In this document: positions 28,017 through 36,696 of the stretch, one piece after another | Position numbering within the stretch: position 1 is the stretch's first letter | Layout of the letters: each line of letters begins with the position of its first letter | Virus record (IMG/VR): IMGVR_UViG_3300021184_000001 | Location: 34,854 to 98,853 of that record | Direction: 5' to 3' (one strand) | Length of the DNA: 64,000 nt | Source: a virus | Translations under genes and position numbers: made by a program | Notes under the pieces: generated by a model | What the model was told of the DNA's origin: nothing | Database searches by the model: none | What the model saw: only the letters and a program-made list of their open reading frames with translations

Positions 28017-28769
28017 CTAGTCGGTGAACGGAAGCCACACGAACTGCGTCGTATTGGTCTCAGGGTCGTCGGTATACGACAGCTCCACCATGTACTCGTC
28101 GTCATACGCATACGTATGCGTCGCGGTCGTGCCCACGACGGCGGCGGTGGTGACAGTGGCACCATCGCCCCAGTCGACAGTGAGCGTGTCTTCGGGTGCT
28201 GCCGAGGCGGCCGTGAGCACTTCCAGCTCCACAGTCATCCGCGAGACGTCGGAGGTGTCCTCGGCGAGGCTAAAACCCGGATCGTTGGCCACCGCCGTCA
28301 CCACCACATCCTGCACCACTGACAGTGCCGACCAATGGTCGGTGACCCGGATCGGGTAGGTGCCCGGGGCGAAGAGCCGCTCGACGTACTTGTTCGGCTC
28401 GGCCAGCACATCTTCGCTGTCCGTCGGTGTCCAGTCCACCGTGTACCGGCCGACGACGGGCATCTCCGGATCGTTGAACGCAACCCGGATCTTCTGCGTA
28501 TTCGCCGGAGCCGAGATGGTCACGTTCGGGACTGTCGCGTCCAGCACGTTCAGCAGCAGCGACGTCACCGGTTCGGTCTCGCCGACCAGCGTCACCGACA
28601 GCGCATACGGGCCTGGCGCCGCATAGGTGTAGGGATAGACGTCGTCGGCGTCCTTGGCGATGGTGTTGCCGTCCCCGAAGGACAGCACGTATGCCTGCGG
28701 CACATCGATGACGCGGGCCTTACCCTTGCGCGGTACCGTACGGTCCGGGTACCACTTGATACTCGGCAT
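28017..28769 (-). CDS. PKD/Ig-like repeat protein
   Basis: LSFGDG..YTYAAPGPY, YTVDW..FAPGTY, VDWGDG..HTYAYDDEY. Confidence 0.75.
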   Translation of the reverse strand: MPSIKWYPDRTVPRKGKARVIDVPQAYVLSFGDGNTIAKDADDVYPYTYAAPGPYALSVTLVGETEPVTSLLLNVLDATVPNVTISAPANTQKIRVAFNDPEMPVVGRYTVDWTPTDSEDVLAEPNKYVERLFAPGTYPIRVTDHWSALSVVQDVVVTAVANDPGFSLAEDTSDVSRMTVELEVLTAASAAPEDTLTVDWGDGATVTTAAVVGTTATHTYAYDDEYMVELSYTDDPETNTTQFVWLPFTD

Positions 28770-28802
28770 ATACCCCTCCAAAAGGGACTATAAGTTGAAA
28801 CC

Positions 28803-28843
28803 GGGGGTGCCCGGCCCCCTCGAAAAGAAAGCCGGGCACCCCC
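28803..28843. terminator. Intergenic hairpin
   Basis: GGGGGTGCCCGGC / GCCGGGCACCCCC, 13-bp stem. Confidence 0.55.
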
Positions 28844-28850
28844 GCGTCGC

Positions 28851-29738
28851 TTACGCCGTGGTCGCAGTGACCGGCGCGGTGTAGTCGGAGTCGGAGAACG
28901 ACACGTCGTCGCCGTTGGCACGCACCCGGAAGTCGTACTCGGTGGCGGTGACCAGGCCCGTGACGGTGGTCGACGGCGTGACCGGCTCGGTCGCGAAGTC
29001 GGTCCACTCGGTCTCGACGCTCGTCTTGTACTGGACGTGGTACGACACGGCGTTCGTGACCGCGTCCCAGGTCAGCGGCGCAGTCGTGGCCGTCATGGTG
29101 CCCGTCGCCAAGTTCGTGGGAACCGCGAGCTCCGGCAGCGAGGACTCCGTAGTGGCCGTAACCGTGGCAGTCCACGGCGATTTCGCGAACGCGTTGGTCG
29201 AGTCGGTCGCGCGGATGCGGATGGTGTACGCCGTGTCCGGGGTCAGTCCCGTCAGCGTGAACGGGCTGGCAGTCGCCTGCACCTCCAACCAGGTCGTCCC
29301 CGAATCCGTCGAGTACGACACCGTGTATCCGTTGGCGTTCGGCGACGCGGTCCACGTCAGCGGAATGGTGGTGTCGGTCGGCGTCCCCGCCGCCAACGCC
29401 GTCGGCGCCGCCAGCGGCGTCAGCGGCGTGCAGGTGTCCACGTTGATCGGGTCAACGTCCTCGTCGTAGATGTAGTACGAGACGTACTCGGCGCTTCCGG
29501 TCGGCGGGCACGTGATGGTTTCCCCGTTGTTGCCGGTGAACGGCAGCGGCCCGTACTCGGTGCACAGGTCGTTGGGGATGGTCCAGCGCCCGAGCGTCTG
29601 TCCCGTCGGCGAGACGCAGCACGTACCGAACTGGACGGCGACGTCGGTCATCCCGTTCGCTGCGCGAGCCCAGCAGTGCAGCTGCTGCGCCAGTTCCTTC
29701 TTTGCCGTCTGATCGATCGGCTGGAGCACGATAGGCAT
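28851..29738 (-). CDS. Cys-rich N-terminal domain + 2 fibronectin type III repeats
   Basis: LAAPT..LTW..Y.V.Y..L.P.T.Y.IR repeats; N-terminus shared with 30117-32342. Confidence 0.85.
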   Translation of the reverse strand: MPIVLQPIDQTAKKELAQQLHCWARAANGMTDVAVQFGTCCVSPTGQTLGRWTIPNDLCTEYGPLPFTGNNGETITCPPTGSAEYVSYYIYDEDVDPINVDTCTPLTPLAAPTALAAGTPTDTTIPLTWTASPNANGYTVSYSTDSGTTWLEVQATASPFTLTGLTPDTAYTIRIRATDSTNAFAKSPWTATVTATTESSLPELAVPTNLATGTMTATTAPLTWDAVTNAVSYHVQYKTSVETEWTDFATEPVTPSTTVTGLVTATEYDFRVRANGDDVSFSDSDYTAPVTATTA

Positions 29739-29754
29739 GATGGCTATCTCCTAA

Positions 29755-30108
29755 CTATTCGGTGATGGGCTGCGGCATGGTCCAGCCGGTAGACGGCTGA
29801 ACGAGGTAGAGCACTACGGCCTGCTCGGCGTCGGGCATGTAGCCGTAAACCGTTTCGTCCTCTACCGGTTCACCACCGAGAGCGGCTGGTATTTCGATCT
29901 CCAGAACGGTTTCGGTATCGGTGTTGCTGTGCGAGGCGAGGAAATATCCACGCTCGGCATCGGCCGTGGCATTGACGTAGAACCCGTAGTTCCCGCCGTT
30001 CTTGAGCCGGATCTTGAACGGCTTGGGTCCGCGCCGCCAGCTCACGATCGGCACCGGAAGGGTGGTGGGACCGTCAAGCTCGACGCGTCCAGTCCGCATT
30101 GGTGTCAT
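29755..30108 (-). CDS. Hypothetical beta-rich virion-associated protein
   Basis: 117 aa between FN3 genes; RBS AGGAG. Confidence 0.6.
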   Translation of the reverse strand: MTPMRTGRVELDGPTTLPVPIVSWRRGPKPFKIRLKNGGNYGFYVNATADAERGYFLASHSNTDTETVLEIEIPAALGGEPVEDETVYGYMPDAEQAVVLYLVQPSTGWTMPQPITE

Positions 30109-30116
30109 GGCTGCTC

Positions 30117-32342
30117 CTAGCTAGTCGACTGCGTAAGGGAGGCGGACCAGCCGGAATCGGCAAAACCATCCGCAGTGGATTTGACCTGGAAGTCATAGGA
30201 GGTCGCAGCGGTAAGACCGCTGACCGTGTCCGAAGTGCCCGACACCTCTGGTTCCTCCGTCCACGTGTTCGCCCCAGCGGGCGAGTGGCGCACGACGTAG
30301 CCACCCGCGTTGATGGCGGTGTCCCAGGTAAGGTCGACCGTCGTCGAGGTCTGCGAGGGGCTGGCGAGGCCGGTGGGCGCTGCCAGCGGACCGTGTGTTT
30401 CCTGCGTGAGCGTTGCGTAGCCGGAGTCGATGTGGTCGGGAGCGACCGCCTTGACCCGCAGGTCGTAGTTGGTCGCCGGGCTCAGGCCGGTGATCTCCTG
30501 GGTGGTTGTGGCAGCGGGGACCGGCGTCCAGGTGCCTGCCCCGGCCGGGGACCACTCGACGACGTAGGAGGCAGCGCCGTCGACGGCGTCCCACGAGGTG
30601 TTGATGCTGGTGTCGGTCTGCGATGGGCTGGTAAAACCGGTCGGCGTCGCCAGCTGCGTCTCTAGCGTCGACTCGGTGAGCGTCGTCGAGTACGGCGAGT
30701 CCGCCAGCCCGGACGCGGTCGCCTTGACGCGAATGTCGTAGGAAGTGTCCGCATTCAGGCCAGTAATGGTGTAGCTCGTCGTGGCCGAGGTCTCCGGGGT
30801 CCACGTTCCGGCCCCGGCTGGAGACCATTCGACTGTGTAGCCGGTGGCCTGCGGAACCGCGTTCCAGGACACGTCGATGGTGGTCGTCGTCTGCGAGGGG
30901 CTCGCGAGCCCCGTCGGCGCCGTCAGGGCGGCGTCGGTCGACTGGGTCAAGATCGTGGACCAGTCCGAGTCCGCCCAGCCCGGCGCCTGCGCCTTCACCT
31001 GGAACCGGTATGCAGTGGCAGGTGTAAGGCCGACTACCGTCTGTGCGGTACTGGCGACCGGGTTCATGACGGTCCAGGCGCCGTCGGGCGAGAGTGACCA
31101 CTGCGTGGTGTAAGTGGCCGCGTTCGGAATCGCTGCCCAAGCCAGGGTAACCGAGGTGTCAGTTTGTGACGGGCTCGTCACCACCGGAGCTGCGAGTGCA
31201 GCGGCCGTCGACTGGGTCAGCGTCGCCGACCATGCCGAGTCGACGAAGTCGTCGGCGGTCGCTTTGACCTGGAAGTCATAGCTCGTTCCGGCCGTCAAAC
31301 CACTCACGGTCGCGCTGGTGACACCCACCGGCGCCAGCGCCGTCCAGGTGCCTGCACCGGCGGGTGACCACTGCACGACATACTCGTTGGCGTCGGTGAC
31401 GGCCGCCCACATCAGGTTGACGGTCTGCCCGGTCTGCGACGGCGACGCCAGACCGGTCGGGGCCGCGAGCTGCTGCTCGGTCGATCCGATGATCGGCGTC
31501 GAGTACGGCGAATCGGTCCAGTCCGGTGCGGTCGCCTTGACGCGGATGTCGTACGACGTCCCGAGGGCCAGACCGGTGATGGTGTACGAGGTCGTCGTGA
31601 CAGGTGGCGACGGCGTCCAGTTGTCCTGGCCCGTCAGCGACCATTCGACGATGTAGGCCGTGGCGTTGTCGACCGCATTCCACGTGACGTCGATGGTGGT
31701 GCCGGTCGACGATGGCGTCGCTACGCCCGTCGGCGCGGCCAGCGTGCCGAGCGACGTGGTGGACACCGTGAGTGTCGCCGACCACGGCGAATCGACGAAA
31801 CCGACGCCGATTGCCTGCACCTGAAAATCGTAGGATGTTTCATCCGTCAAGCCCGTGACCTCGGCAGTCAGCAGGAACGTCGGCGTCAGCTCAGTCCAAT
31901 CATCCTGACCGGCCGGAGACCAGCGGACGACGTACCGCTGGGCGTCGGGGACGGCATTCCAGGCCAGGTCCACGGTGGTGGGCCCCTGCGTAGGCGAGTT
32001 CAGGCCCGTCGGCGCGGCCAGCAGCTGTTCCACGCATGTATTCGGATCGATGGCGTGCACGTCGTCGTCGTAGATGTAGAAGTTGACGTATTCAGCCGAG
32101 CCCGGAGCCGGGCACGGGATGATCTCCCCGTCGTTGCCGGTGAAGTCGAACGGCCCGTACGTGGCGCACAGGGACTCGTCCACGACCCACCGGCCCAGGG
32201 TCTGCCCGGTCGGCGAGACGCAGCAGGACTGGTAGATCAGGTCTTTATCGGTATAGCCGTCTTCGGCTTTCGCCCAGCAGGCAAGCCGCTGCGCCAGCTC
32301 GGCATGCGCGATCTGGTCGACGGGCTGCAACACGATAGGCAC
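30117..32342 (-). CDS. Cys-rich N-terminal domain + 7 FN3 repeats
   Basis: Seven LAAPTGL.SPSQT...W.AV..A..Y.V.WS..G..W units. Confidence 0.9.
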   Translation of the reverse strand: MPIVLQPVDQIAHAELAQRLACWAKAEDGYTDKDLIYQSCCVSPTGQTLGRWVVDESLCATYGPFDFTGNDGEIIPCPAPGSAEYVNFYIYDDDVHAIDPNTCVEQLLAAPTGLNSPTQGPTTVDLAWNAVPDAQRYVVRWSPAGQDDWTELTPTFLLTAEVTGLTDETSYDFQVQAIGVGFVDSPWSATLTVSTTSLGTLAAPTGVATPSSTGTTIDVTWNAVDNATAYIVEWSLTGQDNWTPSPPVTTTSYTITGLALGTSYDIRVKATAPDWTDSPYSTPIIGSTEQQLAAPTGLASPSQTGQTVNLMWAAVTDANEYVVQWSPAGAGTWTALAPVGVTSATVSGLTAGTSYDFQVKATADDFVDSAWSATLTQSTAAALAAPVVTSPSQTDTSVTLAWAAIPNAATYTTQWSLSPDGAWTVMNPVASTAQTVVGLTPATAYRFQVKAQAPGWADSDWSTILTQSTDAALTAPTGLASPSQTTTTIDVSWNAVPQATGYTVEWSPAGAGTWTPETSATTSYTITGLNADTSYDIRVKATASGLADSPYSTTLTESTLETQLATPTGFTSPSQTDTSINTSWDAVDGAASYVVEWSPAGAGTWTPVPAATTTQEITGLSPATNYDLRVKAVAPDHIDSGYATLTQETHGPLAAPTGLASPSQTSTTVDLTWDTAINAGGYVVRHSPAGANTWTEEPEVSGTSDTVSGLTAATSYDFQVKSTADGFADSGWSASLTQSTS

Positions 32343-32360
32343 AGCGGCTCTCCTCTCTCG

Positions 32361-33659
32361 TTAGCTTGTGGACTGCGTGAACGTGGCCGACCAGTCCGAG
32401 TCGGTCCACCCCGCAGCGCGGGCCGCGATGCGGAAGTCATACGAGGTGCCGGTGACCATCCCGGTGACCGTCGCGGAGTTCGTCGCGGAGGTCATGACTT
32501 CCGCCCAGGTCCCGGCCCCGGCAGGCGAACGCTCAATGCCGTAACTGGTGGCATTGGTGACCGCGTCCCAGGTCAGGTCGATGGTTGTGGCCGTCTGCGA
32601 CGGGCTCGCAATGTTCGTCGGGGCCGTGAGCGTGCCAAGCGAATCGGTGGCCTCGGTGATCACGGCGGAGTACGGCGAGTCGGTGAAGCCATCGGCGACA
32701 GCCTTGACACGCAGGTCGTACGTGGTGTTCGGGTCCAGGCCGGTGACCGTGGTGTTGGTCGTGGCAATGCCGGGAATCGACGTCCACACCCCGGCCGGGC
32801 TGATCCGCCAGTCCACGGTGTAGGACTCGGCGCTGGCAACCGCATCCCAGGAGAACGGGATGGTGGTGGTCGTCGGTGTCCCTGCCGACGGGTTCGTCGG
32901 TGCGGCCAGGACCGGCTGCGCGGTAGTGGCCTGCGTGAGCGTCGTCGACCACGGCGAATCCGTCGATCCGGCCGCCTGCGCCTTGACCTGGAAGTCGTAG
33001 CTCGTGGAGGCGGTGAGTGCCGAGACGGTGTCGGTCAGCGCCGCCACCGGCGCGCGCTCCGTCCAGGTGTCGGCGCCCGCAGGCGAGGAACGCACCACGT
33101 ACGTTTCGGCCTCCGGCACCGCAGCCCACGTCAGCGTGACGGTGGTCGAGGTCTGCGACGGCGACGCGAGCGACGTCGGCGCAGCCAACTCGGTGTTGGT
33201 GAGCGTCATCGCCGCCGACAGGTCCACGATGGACCCGAAGCTGACTTCCAGGTGGTAGTCACCAGCTGGAGCGTCGCTCGGCACCACCACGTCAACGTCG
33301 GTGAAAATCCCGGCGGTGTTCGTGGTGGCTGAGGTCGACACCAGCGTGGTCCCGAACGCGCCAGGCACGCCCGTGGCGATCGCGACGGTGCCACCCATGC
33401 TCGGCGGGAATCCTTCACCCGCCACCGAAATGGTGCGCTCCTCGACGGTCCCGGCCGAGTCGGCCGTGTTCGGTGTCGGCACGACCGTGGTCAGGTCGAG
33501 CGGCACCGTGTAGTCGAGAGTCACGCTGTCGCCGCCGATGGCCTCGTCGGTGATGGTCACCGTCCCAGGTCCAGCGGTGGTATACACCTTCGTTGCGGTA
33601 CCCGCGTCGGGCTGGGCCGTCAACGGAGCGTCGGCGTCCCATTGGATGCGAACGGTCAT
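32361..33659 (-). CDS. Partial PKD + Ig-like domain + 3 FN3 repeats
   Basis: Three FN3 units; RBS AGGAGGG overlapping upstream stop. Confidence 0.85.
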   Translation of the reverse strand: MTVRIQWDADAPLTAQPDAGTATKVYTTAGPGTVTITDEAIGGDSVTLDYTVPLDLTTVVPTPNTADSAGTVEERTISVAGEGFPPSMGGTVAIATGVPGAFGTTLVSTSATTNTAGIFTDVDVVVPSDAPAGDYHLEVSFGSIVDLSAAMTLTNTELAAPTSLASPSQTSTTVTLTWAAVPEAETYVVRSSPAGADTWTERAPVAALTDTVSALTASTSYDFQVKAQAAGSTDSPWSTTLTQATTAQPVLAAPTNPSAGTPTTTTIPFSWDAVASAESYTVDWRISPAGVWTSIPGIATTNTTVTGLDPNTTYDLRVKAVADGFTDSPYSAVITEATDSLGTLTAPTNIASPSQTATTIDLTWDAVTNATSYGIERSPAGAGTWAEVMTSATNSATVTGMVTGTSYDFRIAARAAGWTDSDWSATFTQSTS

Positions 33660-33669
33660 GGCAGCCCTC

Positions 33670-35199
33670 CTAGGCGTTGTTCCAAGTGACTTCGACCGTC
33701 ATGCCCGAGGTGTCAGCGCCGTCGGCGTCGACTCCGGCCTGGAGACCAGGAGCGGCGCCAACGGTGACCTGCACCGTGGTGGTCGAGAGCGGGTTGGACA
33801 CCGAAGTGACCGTGATCGAGTAGGTGCCGTCAGCGACGTAGGTGTGCTGGACGGTGCCTCCGTCGGTGTTCGGACCAGAGGTCGTGGTGCCGTCGCCCCA
33901 CTCCACGGTGGTCAGCCCGTTGCCGTTGTTGTCGACGGTCAACGTGACCAGCTGACCTGCGACAGCAGCCGACACCATCGGGTTGGGGATGACCGGCACC
34001 ACGACGGTGGCGGTGACGTAGTAGTCCGGCTGCTCGACGCGCACGGCCCGGACGGTGTAGACGCCCGGCGTGGCGTAGCAGTGCCGCACTTCCACTGGAG
34101 TGCCCGGCGTGACCTCGACGGTCGACGCGGTGGTGTCGTCGCCCCAGGTGACTTCCACGCGCCCGTCAGACTGCGGCGGCATGTCGATGGTGGCGATGAC
34201 GCACATGTCGTCGGTCGGGTCGACGGCCAGCGACATGGTCGGCTGGTCGGCAGGCATCGGCACGACGAGCTCGCGGCAGGTCGAGATCGCTGGAGTCTGC
34301 TGGTCGGCGACGCACACCGTGTAGGTGCCCGGCGTGGTGTAGCAGTGGGTGATGGTCGAGCAGTCGCCCGTGGTCTCCGGGTCCGATCCGTCGCCCCAGT
34401 TCACCGTCACCGGGCCAAAGCCGTGGTTGTCGATGATCAACCGGGCGCACATGCCGGTGCCGTCGGTGGGAACGCGGTCGATGATGACGCTCGCTTCCTC
34501 CGGGACCGGTCGTGGCAGTTCCACGCAGCCGTTGGTGGGCTCCGGCGGACGCACCTGCGTGGTGAACTCCACGAGCTGCGCGGCCGAGTCGACTGGGTCG
34601 CGCAGGACCGAGGGCACACCGTTGACGATGTCGACCAGGTAGGGGCCACGGCGCCAGCCGACAGGGCTCGTCGTGGTCCCGTTGAACGTAAATGAAGTCG
34701 CTTCGTTACTGATGGTGATTTCGCCGGGGGCGGCGCCCACGAGGCGCGGCGCCAGCCAGTACGTGGAGCCCGACACGGCGCCCGGTCCGCACTGGATCGC
34801 CGACCCGGCCGAGCCGATCTGGCCCCAGATCTCCAGGGCGAAACCGACGTCGCACGACAGGCCGCCGACGATCTGGAAGCCCTTGATCGACCCGAAATCG
34901 TCATAGATCGGAATCCAGGACGGGTAGATCATCAGAACGACACACGGGTCGACCGCGCAGAATTCGACGCCCACGGTCCAGTTGTCGATGGTCGCGCACG
35001 GCGCGGGAGCGCTGATGCACTGCTCGCCCGCGAAGTTCGTGACCGAGGTGGCTTCGCCCTCAGTGACGTTCGGGGTGTACGTGACCGAAATGATGCCCTT
35101 GGTGACGGCCTGGTTACCCGGTCCATACAACGGACGACCCAGCTCGTCCAGGCGCGTGAACCGGGCCATCCGGCCTCGGACGGTAGAAGTCTCAGCCAT
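33670..35199 (-). CDS. Major tail protein with three C-terminal PKD domains
   Basis: RFTRLDELGRP..VTKGIISV resembles actinophage MTP; three V.WGD..HxY.xxGxY units. Confidence 0.75.
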   Translation of the reverse strand: MAETSTVRGRMARFTRLDELGRPLYGPGNQAVTKGIISVTYTPNVTEGEATSVTNFAGEQCISAPAPCATIDNWTVGVEFCAVDPCVVLMIYPSWIPIYDDFGSIKGFQIVGGLSCDVGFALEIWGQIGSAGSAIQCGPGAVSGSTYWLAPRLVGAAPGEITISNEATSFTFNGTTTSPVGWRRGPYLVDIVNGVPSVLRDPVDSAAQLVEFTTQVRPPEPTNGCVELPRPVPEEASVIIDRVPTDGTGMCARLIIDNHGFGPVTVNWGDGSDPETTGDCSTITHCYTTPGTYTVCVADQQTPAISTCRELVVPMPADQPTMSLAVDPTDDMCVIATIDMPPQSDGRVEVTWGDDTTASTVEVTPGTPVEVRHCYATPGVYTVRAVRVEQPDYYVTATVVVPVIPNPMVSAAVAGQLVTLTVDNNGNGLTTVEWGDGTTTSGPNTDGGTVQHTYVADGTYSITVTSVSNPLSTTTVQVTVGAAPGLQAGVDADGADTSGMTVEVTWNNA

Positions 35200-35246
35200 G
35201 TCGGCCCTCCCCGCTGAACACCGTCAAAACGGTGCATACATGGATA

Positions 35247-35255
35247 AATCGGACA
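35247..35255. promoter_or_regulatory. AANCRGACA box upstream of major tail gene
   Basis: GGATAAATCGGACAT. Confidence 0.65.
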
Positions 35256-35262
35256 TCATGGA

Positions 35263-36681
35263 TCACGGGGTGCCCTCCACGTCGACATAGACCACGGCAG
35301 GTTCTAGGCAGTCGTCAGCAGCGGCAATGGTCTGCTCGGCGACCGCCGACCGAAGATTGGTGCGTCGATCGAACGTCTCGATCGCAGTGACCTCGGATAC
35401 GTACAAGCGCACCGCGCCGGTCGCCATGATCGCGGCACCGACCTCGTCCCCGACGTTGACGCGCGGATAGCCCGAACCGATGACGATGGGCGTCCCACGC
35501 AGCGTTCGCACCTCGTCCCCGACGGTGATCCATGCGCCTTCGGTGCCCACGCCCATCCACGCGGCCATGTAGACCGGAATGTGGATCAACCCGAGCCCGT
35601 TGTAGTTGGTCGCGATGTAGTGCTCCAGCTCGGCGATCGCCTGCGTGACCATCAACCCGGTGCCGATGACGCGGGCGCGGTCGAACGCGAGGTCCCACCA
35701 CGCCGACTCGATGGCCTTGTGGCGCGCCATCTCCAAGACGTCGCTGGCAGCCTCAGCGGCGTCGTCGAATGCCATCGACTGGCACTCGACCTCCGAGTAG
35801 ACCGTCCAGGCAGGAGCGAACAGCGTCGACCACGGAGCCGATCTGATCTCCTTGACCGGGCATGTGGCCTGGAGGAGGACAGCGGTGCCGGTCAGTGCGG
35901 CGTCGACATAGATCCATCCGGACACGAACGATCCGGAATCGACATCCCGGATCGAGATCGGCCAGGTCCCCTCACCCACGCCGGTCTCGATCACCAGGGC
36001 GCCATCGGCGTCCCCGGCGGCAATGATGATCTGATGCCCCGCGATGTTCACCACGCGCTCGCCGAGTGGCCCGGTGCCCACCGACGTCACCGTGAAACCG
36101 ACACCCTCGGCGGGCGTGGCGTCCGCTGCGGTGAAAGTCGTGGTGATGGAGTCGCATCCCTCCGGGATCGCGGCCTGCGGCACACGGAAGAGAATCGCGT
36201 CTTCACCCGGGTTCGTGATCGCGCCGGTTGTGGCGTCCTGGACGATGTTCCATTCGACATGGAGCCCGGTCAGGATGTCGGTGACCAGCAGATGCCCGTT
36301 CAGCGGCGCATCGTCGGCGGCGATCTCCACGGGCGCGGTGCCCGTGGTGTACACCGTTTCGGTCGGAATGCCCTCGTCGTAGTAGGTGAACGCCAGCTGG
36401 CGAGCGCCCTCGTTGTCCCCGGCCGCTCCCAGCATCGAGTAACGCCCCGCAGTCAGCTGACCGGTGAGCGCGATCGCGATGGTGCGTGCGTCGGGAAGGG
36501 TCGCTGGCATACCGGCGGCAGTACACCAGCGACCCCACAATTTCGCCGTCGAGCAGGCGAAACTGTCGTACTCGATGCCCGTGCGCCAATGCGCGTCGTC
36601 GCGTTCGACGACCTCGGCCACGTCGAGCAGGCCGTACGGCGCGCGCCGTACAGCTGGCGGGTCGACTCGGAACCTGAGCAT
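35263..36681 (-). CDS. Capsid-associated (minor capsid / decoration) protein with large beta-rich insertion
   Basis: VDPP..PYGLL..HWRTGIEY and GTPIVIGSGY..ATGAV; directly after major capsid gene. Confidence 0.55.
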   Translation of the reverse strand: MLRFRVDPPAVRRAPYGLLDVAEVVERDDAHWRTGIEYDSFACSTAKLWGRWCTAAGMPATLPDARTIAIALTGQLTAGRYSMLGAAGDNEGARQLAFTYYDEGIPTETVYTTGTAPVEIAADDAPLNGHLLVTDILTGLHVEWNIVQDATTGAITNPGEDAILFRVPQAAIPEGCDSITTTFTAADATPAEGVGFTVTSVGTGPLGERVVNIAGHQIIIAAGDADGALVIETGVGEGTWPISIRDVDSGSFVSGWIYVDAALTGTAVLLQATCPVKEIRSAPWSTLFAPAWTVYSEVECQSMAFDDAAEAASDVLEMARHKAIESAWWDLAFDRARVIGTGLMVTQAIAELEHYIATNYNGLGLIHIPVYMAAWMGVGTEGAWITVGDEVRTLRGTPIVIGSGYPRVNVGDEVGAAIMATGAVRLYVSEVTAIETFDRRTNLRSAVAEQTIAAADDCLEPAVVYVDVEGTP

Positions 36682-36696
36682 CGAGTTGCGGCTTCC

